Positions 24,713-35,137 of a DNA stretch of 64,000 nucleotides are shown in pieces (within the stretch, counting starts at the first letter, position 1; each line of letters starts with the position of its first letter). The stretch is from Podarcis filfolensis (lineage: Eukaryota), in the NCBI GenBank assembly GCA_964270895.1, contig OZ185439.1. One strand, given 5' to 3'. The translations under genes were made by a program, and so were the position numbers. Below the pieces are notes generated by a model. That model saw only the letters and a list, made by a program, of their open reading frames with translations. It had not been told where the DNA came from and searched no databases.

Positions 24713-25632
24713 GCATCACTTTCTCAAAACGTCTCTCAGCTAGCTTTTTATTTGATACAATGAAGTGTTCTGTTTAACCTGAACGGCTCCAGACTTTCCT
24801 ACAATAAAGAATTACTTTAAAAGCTTTGTTTGGAAAGGTATTGCTTTTGCAAATAAAGCTATCAAAATATTGAATGGAACAACCACCCAATGAGCTTGGG
24901 TACTCAGGTCACATGGCGCTTTGTCACAGGATTCCTTCCAATAACCAAACCCATTGCAGAGATATTGCCAGGCACGTGAATTACAAATCCAAGGATTTGT
25001 CAAGGATTCAAAAAATACATTGCTAACAAACAGAAAATGTCCCATTTTACCTCAGTTCAATCCACAATGGGCAACAGCTGTGTGCTATGTCTTGAAAAAG
25101 GAAAAAAGTCTTAAGTCCAGTCTTATTTAGGCAGCCCACCATATGGATTCAATTTCGGTGCTGGCACCTCATGCAGATTTTAATGGTGTGAAGAAGCAAA
25201 TCTTTGGTTGGTGACCACAATAATTTTAAAACATCACTCTGTTTGGGAATGGCATGCAGGCCAAGAACTGCCTACCCTCAAATATGCAGCTGAACGTTAA
25301 AACGGAAATTTAGAACCCAACTCATTCTGTTTAGATGTCTTCAAGAAGGTAGGAAGAGGAATGGCTCACTATAAATGAATTGCGATGTGTATTTAGGAAG
25401 TTTGAAATGGAGTTAGGGTATCTATAAATACAAGTTCTCAAAGTGCAAGCTAGGCCTCCCTAGGAAGACAAAGAGTTGTCACGGGGTGGGGGGGGGCGGG
25501 TGACATCTTGTTGAGCCAGCCCAGATGGCTGAAAGTCTGGTCCGGCAGATGAGGGTGTGAAACTTTCTAGTAAGCGCTATGTAAGAGACTATACATCAAG
25601 TAATAGGAAGAGTCACTTGTACTACTTGTGAG

Positions 25633-26057
25633 TAGGGATGAGGGAGAAATTCAATTCCATTTGCATTTAAAGACAAACCTACCTAATGCACATTTTCTGA
25701 AACAATATGCAAAGTGAAACACAGCCATCCTTCAAAAATCCACACACCATTAAGAATTTTGTGCTGCAGTTCTCCCGTCAAGTAATATGTACAAATATGT
25801 TTGTATAAGAAAGTGTATATTGCGCATAAAAACGCAAATATTAGTGGAAAATAGTGTGCGGAAATGCCTTGTATTAGGGGAAAGCGTGCATATTAGGCAA
25901 AATTGTATACAAAATGTAAGATAAATTCACTTTTAAATGATGTTGGATTCTCATGAGGACTTTTTAAGAAAGTAAATATGTAAACTGATATGAAAATATG
26001 GAGAAATGAAGATTGAGAAATGAAAGCAACCAAAACAGTCAGATTCGCCCATCCCTG
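25633..26057. mobile_element. TAGGGATG-ended hAT MITE
   Basis: tagggatg ... catccctg termini; 8-bp TSD cttgtgag/cttctgag (7/8); homologous to 41861-42279 and 6695-7040. Confidence 0.85.
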
Positions 26058-27349
26058 CTTCTGAGCATGTGTCAACTTCCTTAAAGTGGGACAGAAAGCA
26101 AAGGAGGGTCATGTTTAAACTTACTGAATATGTTAGCCAATGCCCAGTTTAGCCAATATATAATTTGCATTTATATTTCAGATTTTAGTGGCATGTGTGC
26201 AAAATTGCCTGTGTTCTCCATCTTTTTTATTACAATTGCCAGGAATATGGTCAATGAGGTTACTTTTAGTCAACTGGAAACCTTTTGCTTCCTTATTGGT
26301 TAGTTCACAGATGGCAATGACATGTGTGTTACATGCTATGGAGCATGGGAATGAACCTAAGACTTACATATTACCCCTACACAAACTGAATGTGTACATG
26401 CAAATGCCCTTCCCACATAACCCATTCCTCTTTACATGTGTGTTTGTAAGATGGATCACAGGGAAAGGCCCTACTTGCTACTCAATGAGAATCATATAAA
26501 ATCCAGTTTGTTGCATGGATGGTAGGACACTTGCAACATATGCACATTACATTACATATGCAATGCTCTCACATAGTCAGGTCCTACAGTATCTTTCTCA
26601 GAAATCTTAAATCATACCATAGGCTCAAATATTTTCTCCCACCCACCCCCCCCCGCCTTACCCTCCCACCCCAGACTGAGCAGAAAAGTGAGTTCTGCCA
26701 AGAGAAATGCCTGTCTTCATTTTGTCCCAATTATCTTGGGGACGCTCAGATCAATTCCTGGTCTGCCACACACACTGATGAGTTAGGGAGGCTCAGTGTA
26801 ACTAAATCTGAGGACCTCTGCCATAAACTATGGCTGTTATTTATTTAAATCCCACACTCAAAGTGGCTTACATTAAAACACATTGAAAACACAAACTTAA
26901 ACAATGCAAACAACAAACAAACCTAAGAGAACAAGAGCAGCCATAGGGGAAAAAAAATTATGACAGCCAAGAACTGAATCAGCAGACAAATACCATCTCA
27001 AACAGTTTGCACTTACAATAAAATTCTATGCATGCCATCTCAGAAGTAAGTGTCATGGTTAGACAAGCAGTTTACTTCCAAGTTAACATCTAGAGGAACA
27101 CAGCCTTAAAGAATGAATAGTTATGGTGTCCGTGGTTGGCAACAGTTACTTACATGGTATGTAAACCTGTCTACTAGTGGTACGGTACTATGTCTTGTTG
27201 CACCAGTCCAGCAAGCACATGTCACAGCCTCAACATAGCATGCTGACTATTCCAGCAGCAAACCATACTTTTATTAAAGTTCAGGACTCATCTGCCAGAC
27301 TTTCGTTGAGGCGGCAATCCTAAACTCACTTTCTAGGGGATAAATATAA

Positions 27350-27520
27350 TAAAAAATAAACTTTTATTTATATCCCGCCCTCCCTGGCCAAAGTCGGGCT
27401 CAGGGCGGCTAACATCAAATATATAACACTGGTATAAAATCAAGCAATAATTAAATTACCTCCTAAAAACAGGTCAGAATCAAATTAAAGTCTAATCAGA
27501 TGGCTTCCCACAGGGTTAGG
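27350..27520 (-). mobile_element. L2 LINE 3' end
   Basis: ttttattatatcccgccctccctggccaaagtcgggctcagggcggctaaca is the reverse complement of an L2-type 3' terminus with an (ATAA)-rich tail. Confidence 0.7.
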
Positions 27521-28195
27521 GTTGGGAACAGTAAGTGGATAAAATTCCACTGAACACTCTGGCTCTGACTTCCGAGTACACATGTTGATTAACACGCAGC
27601 AAGCCAAAGGGTTGTCTTCCTGCCAATAGGCATTAACTTCTTTGTCATATTTGAAAGAGTGGTCTGGATGTGAAAGTGAGGCCATCCTTATTGCCTCCTG
27701 TGTGGAGTCCAGATCCCATGTAGCAATTTCCCTTCCTGGTCTCCTCTACTCTCAAGCTGCTGCACTCTACTGCAGGTGCATCGGCTGCTAGTGCTGGCAC
27801 CACCAGTGTTTCCGATTGTGTCGGTGCAACTGTTCCCGCTTCACGAGTCTCTCTTGTAGTTCCTGATGTTTCCGAAACGTATTACATTTCATGAGAGGAT
27901 CCAGCTGGTCTGGAAGCTGAGGAAGGACGAGAGGGTCTCCAGCATGTTGTTTATGAGAGTGCATGATTTCAGCAATCGTTGCTGTGGAGGGTGTTAGCAT
28001 CTTGTTAATTCCACACTTGAGACTCGAGCGAAGCAGCCCTTGCCAGAAAAGGAGAGAGAGAGAGAGAAAAGCTTTGCGTTCAAAAAATTTCCAGCATGTG
28101 CAAAGCACAGAAAGAATTTGGGAACCAAAGGCCAGATCCCATAATCTGAATTACTGTTGCTAAGAGACATTTGCAGGCACCACTTTGCCATTGCT

Positions 28196-28339
28196 ATGGA
28201 GAATATCCCAGAGCTGCCAACTGCTTTCGCAAGGGCATGTGTCGCTTTTGTGTTCCTGTTTCTTGCTCTTACGGCCAACATCTTCCACCTCCTCTGTGAA
28301 GCTGAGAGAGAAGTCAGAAACAGAGAGAGAAGTCAATAG
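28196..28339 (+). CDS. Hypothetical 47-aa single-TM micropeptide (unverified)
   Basis: gctATGG Kozak (G at -3 and +4); MENIPELPTAFARACVAFVFLFLALTANIFHLLCEAEREVRNRERSQ* has a hydrophobic core of about 20 aa and a charged tail. No homology recognised. Confidence 0.15.
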   Translation: MENIPELPTAFARACVAFVFLFLALTANIFHLLCEAEREVRNRERSQ

Positions 28340-28388
28340 ATAGGTGAACAGAAAAGGATCCAGCAAAGAATCTCAATTATTTCTTGCA

Positions 28389-28414
28389 GGGTGGGGTGAG
28401 CCTCTTATATAAAG
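28389..28414 (+). promoter_or_regulatory. CACCC/GC-box-like element next to a TATA box
   Basis: GGGTGGGGTGAG followed by TATATAAAG (28406-28414); near-palindromic, so also TATA-like on the minus strand. Confidence 0.3.
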
Positions 28415-28473
28415 AGCAGGATGTAACTGTGCCAAGTGAAATCTGCTTTCAAATCCAGATTTCCAGTTCTGGG

Positions 28474-28563
28474 CATAGCTGTCAACTTTTCCCTTTTCTT
28501 GCAAGGAATCCTATTTGGAATAAGGGAATTTCCCTTTAAAAAAGGGAAACGTTGACAGCTATG
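28474..28563 (-). mobile_element. 90-bp hAT MITE, copy 2
   Basis: Reverse complement of 14949-15038 (88/90 identical); perfect 8-bp TSD gttctggg (28466-28473, 28564-28571). Confidence 0.92.
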
Positions 28564-28880
28564 GTTCTGGGATATATGAAGTCTTAATAATGATGAAAGT
28601 GCACCTCGGCATGTATCTTTAAAAGTTGGTGATACAGAACGAGTATTATGTGACACCTGTAACCTTGCCAGCTCCATGGATCAAAGTGGTGGAATGGGCA
28701 TATAAGTGGTCAAGTGGGGTAAGGCAATCCCAGAAGGAAACTTGTCCCAAGCTGTGCATATTATATCCATTTTTATACACTGTTTACCTCAATATATTGT
28801 TTTTCTGTTCATATTACTTAGCTGGAGAACTGCATAGCAAAACTCTCTGAGGGTGGATTCTGAAGGGTGAGTGTGAATTA

Positions 28881-29252
28881 GGTAAAGGTAAAGGCAAAGG
28901 ACCCCTGACAGTTAAGTCCAGTCGTGAACAACTCTGTGGTTGCAGCACTCATCTCACTTTACTGGCCGAGGGAGACGATGTTTGTCCATAGACAGTTTCT
29001 CCGTGTCATGTGGCCAGCATGACTAAGCCGCTTCTGGCAAAACCAGAGCAGCGCATGGAAACGCTGTTTACCTTCCCACCGGTGTGATACCTATTTATCT
29101 ACTTGCACTTTGACGTGCTTTGGAACTGCTAGGTTGGCAGGAGCTGGGACTGAACAACAGGAGCTCACTCCATCATGGGGATTTGAACCACCGACCTTCT
29201 GATCGGCAAGCCCAAGGCTCAGGGGTTTAGACCACAGTGCCACCCACATCCC
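28881..29252 (-). mobile_element. Sauria SINE, divergent subfamily
   Basis: TSD tgaattaggta on both sides; diagnostic differences (gacagttaagtccagtc, gagacgatgtttgtccatagacagtttctcc) relative to the other six copies. Confidence 0.92.
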
Positions 29253-30269
29253 ATGAATTAGGTATGTTCACCTTTAAATGCAAACAGATTATAATTTCTG
29301 CCCCATCCTTGAAGAGATCCTATGTATTACAAGCAGGTGTCTCTGCTCATGCAGTAGGGCTTCCCTCGCAGCCTCTCACATACCACATAATACATGGCAT
29401 TAGAGGTCAAACGTGTTTGTGTGTTTGTTTCTGCAGGTCCCCTTTAACAGAAATGAATGTGGGTAAAGGCTGAATAGAAAAATGACTAGAAATTTGGAAG
29501 TGGTGCATAAATCTGCAGATGATACAAAAACGGGAAATGAGATCCATCAAAGGAAAAGACAATATAGTAAACTCATTTTAAACAATTGTGGTAGAGGTTT
29601 GCTGCCAAAATGTTATCAAAAATCCATATATACATTGCACATCATGTGTTTCATTATCTATAATAGCAGGCAGCAGAAGTATGCCTTGTCAATTGCTTTG
29701 AATCTCCTTGTGTGTGCTTGGCTGATTTCAATAGATCTGAAAGGCTTTAATTGAAAATGGTCTATTTCCAATTCTTCCACAACACAATCCTCTGCTTCTG
29801 ATTCACATTTTATGATTGTTTGCAGATGTAGTAGATACACGATAGCTGGGAACAGCAGACTTTTACTTGTGATTTTAATGTTGACTTCCGAAGGCTCCAC
29901 TTTACAAAGTTGAAGAAAGGTCACTGTATGACATTTTCGTGTTTAGCTTTTACACACTACCCCAGATACTTCTTTTGCATGTGCAAATGTCCTGAAATAT
30001 TTTCTGTACTCATTTAAAAAAAACACGCAGTAATTCTGCTTTAAATACATAATTTAAGCACAAAACACAACCTACCCATTTCAGTCAGAGCATCAGTCTG
30101 TGGGTGGGATTGAACAGAAATTTGCCATAGTTTTGCCACACACAGTTTTCCAACCTCCTACCTCCAACCTTCCCAAGCAATGTCTTGAAGATTCATGGAT
30201 GTACACCACAAGAATTAGTATATACCTGCTACCAAAGGGCTGGATTCAGATTAAGTTGAGCTTCAATAA

Positions 30270-30570
30270 TCATAGATTCAGGTAGCTAGCCGTGTTGGTC
30301 TGACACCGTTGAAATAAATTTAAAAATTGTCCAGTAGCACCTTAGAGACCAACTAAGTTTGTTCTGGGTATACCCATTTACCATACCCATTGAGTCAATC
30401 ACCCATCTACTACCCTTCTGAGAAGAAACCCACTCCACCCTCTCACTATATAGAAGGGTCTGGTGACTTCTGTTTCAGTGTATCTGAAGAAGTGTGCATG
30501 CGCATAAAAGCTTATACCCAGAACAAACTTAGTTGGTCTCTAAGGTGCTGCTGGACAATTTTTTTATTTT
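30270..30570 (+). mobile_element. Penelope-like element 3' end with inverted pseudo-LTR
   Basis: 51-bp inverted repeat with 1 mismatch (30322-30372 / 30513-30563). The motifs tctgaagaagtgtgcatgc...aaagcttatacccagaacaaacttagttggtctctaaggtgct and gtagctagccgtgttggtctg resemble squamate Penelope pLTRs. Confidence 0.85.
30480..30517 (+). ncRNA. Minimal type I hammerhead ribozyme motif (probably inactivated, G12A)
   Basis: GUAU-CUGAAGA-A-[GUGUGCA UGCGCAU stem II]-AAAA(for GAAA)-GC-UU|AUAC; stem I GUAU/AUAC; palindromic short stem III AGCU. Confidence 0.7.
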
Positions 30571-32676
30571 TTTATTCAATAATCATGGCACACATATTAA
30601 CCCACTGAACATTCGAAGAATTCAGAGAGAAAGAGTTTAGATGCTATTATGGTGGATAACTTTGTAACCAACAAATGACCAGTACCTATTTTGGTCTATT
30701 AACCCTGTAATCAGTACCCTCTCAAGATAACACCAAGAACTGACTGCTACAATGTACTTCACATGGAGCTGCCCTTGGAGACAGTTCACAAGCTTGGGTG
30801 ATTCCAAAATGGAGCAAGTATAACATCAATCCACTGTTGTTTGATATTCATTGTAGCTGCTTTCAATGATTTTAATTAGATTGATTTGCTGCAAATCACT
30901 CTTGGGTGCCTTTGACAGAAAAGTGATGGAAAAAATAAAGAGGGGGGTGGACAGAGGGTTGTATCCAATGTAGGGCAAAATATGTTCAGTCAGCACATGG
31001 ATTTCTGCTCACACAGTGGAACTTGCCCCCCTTCTCCCTATGCATGGCCCCTAAATCTGTTCTAGGGGTTACTCCCAATCCTCTGGAGCATATGGAGGGC
31101 ACACACAGTGGAGGAGGAAGTTGTGTTGCACAAGCAGAAATCATGTTAGTTGGATGCCATTCGAAAATCAACTGGTGGTCGGGGCACTGTGAAAAACCAT
31201 GGGATGAATGGGTCTGCCCATTTTTTATTCTGTGCCAGATTCACATTTGCTTGATCCGATGTCCATTCCATCCATTCTTGTGGTCTTAAAAACAAACAAA
31301 ACATGAAAATGTGCACTTAGATTGTACATATATTTATATGGATTTTATATCCATTCTTCCCCTATAATATTTTGCAAGCTTTCCCATGCATTTTTAAGGA
31401 GCAGCACAAACTGCATCCCAAAATCAGGTGCAGTGTATAACCTACTGGATGGCTGCATGCTGCTCTGCAAATATATCCAGAACTAGAGAACTATGTCTGT
31501 CCGCTTCAAAATGTGGACCAAACAGATTTCTCCATCCCTAGTAGAAACCTTTTAAAAAAATCAATACTGAATCAGCCACTTCTAAATTTCTCTGAATGGC
31601 CCATTATTCTCCTGTTGAAAGATAAGGAGGGAGACTCTTCACTACCATATTTAGAAAGCACAATTCTCACCCCGGTGTATGACCCTTTAGATCGTATAGT
31701 ATATTTTAAAGTTTATCTAATGACAGGAAAGCCTCATAGGCTCTGGTGGTAAAATTCAGTTTAGATAAGAGACTGCTCTGATAGATCCCATATCAGGAGA
31801 AGTGAGATATTTCCGCTTGCTAGAGTTGTCAAGCTTCTTTTTTTAAAAAAGCAACAAAAGATCAAAAGTGGCAGCCAACTGATGCTTTCCTGATAAAATG
31901 GATGATCAGCCCACGGAGAAATATGTGTACAAATCCCTCTTTTGTAATATTCCAGGTCTTGTGAAGCAAGAGAGGCCAGCTTTTGCTTGACAGGAGTGAC
32001 CGCGGAGCAACTATCAGAGTTGGGGGCAGAGACAGTTGCAGGAAACAAAGAGTTAAAGGTTACCAGTGGGTAATAAAGAAGCTGGCTCGCTGCTCATGAG
32101 AGCTGTCTCTGTGTGGAGAGCGGCTCTGATGCTCAAACTGAACTTTTATGTATCCCTGCAGAGGGAGTGGGATATAGCAGTGCAGGCGTCTTTTTGGTTT
32201 TTATGATGAGGAGTGAGCCTATTGGGTAATGAGCAGATGGTTTATGTGTTCAGAGGGACTTGTTCACATTTGTTCACACCTCTGGCAGACAGACAGCTTG
32301 CTGTAGCTCCAATTTATGGAGCTCATGATATGACAGAGTATTCACAAGGTTCTTTTTGTTATGCTTCCCCTAAACTCGAGCAACAAAATGGAAGTGTTAA
32401 GAAGCGATTGTTCCTATTGTCTTCCTCAGCACTCGTGCCTATTTTGTGGAGAGCATAAAAGCTTTCCATCATACAATGGGTTCAGGACCCAATTATTGAG
32501 GAGAGTTTACTTACACAGGAAGGGAGAGAGATGTGCAAAACAAGATCTACGCAGGTCTATGTGAATCTCTTTTGATTCGACCACATCCAATTGGCAGCAT
32601 CAAATTTATGAGGAGTGCATCCCATAATATTTTGAGAAGCAGCAGGAACAGCCATTGTAGGGGTGCATGCGTGTGT

Positions 32677-32678
<2 letters not shown>

Positions 32679-32707
<29 letters not shown>
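32679..32707. repeat. (GT)n microsatellite
   Basis: Direct observation. Confidence 0.95.
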
Positions 32708-32710
<3 letters not shown>

Positions 32711-33345
32711 AACCAAGATTTTGGACTAGATAAAAAAAATAGAGGCAAAATCTACACAGAAAGCTAAGCAGGATTAAGTCAAGATTAAGTGAACTCTTAC
32801 AAAAAAGTAACATTTGAGACTTTTTAGTTCAGAGAAAAGCAGTAAGATGTGACATATAAAATTACACATGGCATAGAGAAGGTGGACAGAGAAAAGCTGT
32901 TCTCCATCTCTTATAACACTGTAACTCATAGACGTGCAATGAAGCTGAAAGTTGGTTACACAATGGTAAAAGTTCCTAAACTATTGGTATAGGGAAATAC
33001 TGGTTTTAGACTCCAATCTTGTCTGAAACAAAAGCCATGTGGATGGAGGCAGCAGCTCAGAGCTCCTCACACACCAAAGTTTACATGTGGACTGAGTACA
33101 ACAAAAGGCTTGGTTGACCATTTCCTCCCAAGGCGAGGGGAAGTAGCATAGACTAGGCCTGACAGGATAGCTTACTCTATGGCATTAACCCCTTCAGGTA
33201 TTAATTAGGCTCAAGCATGCTGGATATATGAGGCTGGTTAACCTACAACTAAACTCTGCAGATAGGTTCCTTGGTTAAAGTCTGCTATTGCAGAACTAGG
33301 GGTGGCTGTTGTGTTAAACTCACCACTCAGACTGGCTCTTTAAAG

Positions 33346-33479
33346 CAGGGCTAACCTGCAGCTTTTCAGATGTTGTTGGACTCCAGTTTCCATCAGCCCC
33401 TGGCAGCATGGCCAATAGTCAGAGATTATGAGAAATGGAGTCCAGAAGAATCTGGAGAGCAACAGGTCATCCACCCCTG
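33346..33479. mobile_element. Palindromic hAT-type MITE, degenerate
   Basis: cagggctaacctgcagcttttcagatgttgttggactccag ... tctggagagcaacaggtcatccacccctg. Confidence 0.65.
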
Positions 33480-34212
33480 CCTTAAAGCATCAGGCTTGAT
33501 GTCTCTGATTTACAAGACTTGCAACATGTAGATAAGATGCACCAGGCAGAACTCCAGGTTTGGAACTAAAGCAGAAAACTAACAGAAAGGGAAAGGTCTA
33601 TGGAAAAGGTTGTGGAATGTGGAAATAGATCCACATTCAAGGGGGATGTCTTCTGCTGGGGTGATTCAATGATCTACAGTGCACCCAGTTTACAGACAGT
33701 CATCTGATCAGTGCAGGCTGAAATGTATTTTAAGTATTTGTGTAAGGCAGATGCTTAAAAACAATGCATCCGGTTTCCTGCATTAAATCCAAAAGGATAT
33801 ATCTTTAGATTCCTCCAATTTTTAGCTTGCATTCCTTGTCTTAAAAAAATTCTAGTCCTCATGATGGAAGAGGAAGTTTGAAAATAAAGAATCTGAAATG
33901 AAGTCCAAATGCATTTCTTGCTAACCCTTTATGGGGAGTTTTTAAACCAAGCTTTTTCCAAAGATTAAACATTTAGAATACATTATAGTGGGACCCCCTG
34001 CTCTCTACCTCCTCTTAAGATTGCTTTTACCCATTTGTCATGTGCTACTTGTCTGCATTTGCAAATATTAGCACTGTGCCAAAACCTGTCTTCCAGTTTC
34101 TCAGATGTTTTCTTCCCATGTGAAACAGGCTTCATTCCCCCCCCCCCCTGCATCTTTCTCAGGGAACTCTGGAATTTCTTTACAATGTCAGATGGCACAG
34201 GGTTGAGCTTAC

Positions 34213-34318
34213 CTTACCTCATCATCACAGAGCAGTTGTGAATGGTGTGTGTGTTTTTCTTTCCATAAATCATTTCACCCGCCCGCTGCAGCCTCCCCAG
34301 CTGCCTGCACTTCCTGAT
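34213..34318 (-). other. Candidate minus-strand exon with tandem donors
   Basis: Minus strand: acceptor ttctctcgtgtggctttttcAG, then 101/106 nt, then GAG|GTAAGG or AAG|GTAAGC. One frame is open but not recognised. Confidence 0.3.
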
Positions 34319-34787
34319 CTGAAAAAGCCACACGAGAGAAGCTTTCTCATGACATCGTCTCCTGATCTTTAACTGAAGCACAGGAAGGTAGGGAGAATGG
34401 CTACCAAGCTCCTGAGATCAGTGTGATCACTGGTTTTGTTTCTTAAAATTATTTCTGCACTGATTTCTTTCCTTTTTCTTTTGTACTCCTGTACATTACC
34501 TGTGTTAATTAATGAGGGTTAGTTATGCAAGATAAATGGGGGGCACTTCCCCCCCATTCCTATCATTTGTTAACTGTGTGTGTAGTGGGGGGGGTCAGAG
34601 CCCACCGTTAATACACAATTTCTTCTTGAATTTCTTTATCATGAAGTTATTGTCAGTGGATATATATTATGATTCCAAAGTTCCTTACAAAACTACAGGC
34701 ACATGCAGGAAACAAAAGACACTGTGTATTTGTTGGTTGTTAATTGTTGCTCATGAAAAACATAAATAATATATTATTAAGATAAAA

Positions 34788-35137
34788 GGACACGAGTGGT
34801 GCAGTGGGTTAAACCACAGAACCTAGGGCTTGCCGATCAGAAGGTCGGCGGTTTGAATCCTCACGATGGGGTGAGCTCCAATTGCTCGGTTCCTGCTCCT
34901 GCCAACCTAGCAGTTCGAAAGCACGTCAAAGTGCAAGTAGATAAATAGGCACCGCTCCGGCGGGAAGGTAAACGGCGTTTCTGTGTGCTGCTCTGGTTCG
35001 CCAGAAGCGGCTTAGTCATGCTGGCCACATGACCCGGAAGCTGTATGCCGGCTCCCTCAACCAATAAAGTGAGATGAGCACCGCAACCCCAGAGTCTTCT
35101 GCGACTGGACCTAATGGTCAGGGGTCCCTTTACCTTT
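34788..35137 (+). mobile_element. Sauria SINE (the only + strand copy)
   Basis: ggacacgagtggtgcagtgggttaaacc head (A box-like), ggtttgaatcc B box-like, (ACCTTT) tail. Confidence 0.95.

Noticed and set aside
26770-26815. CTGATGAG...CTC as a second hammerhead
   Set aside because: No GAAA after the putative stem II and no stem I/III pairing.
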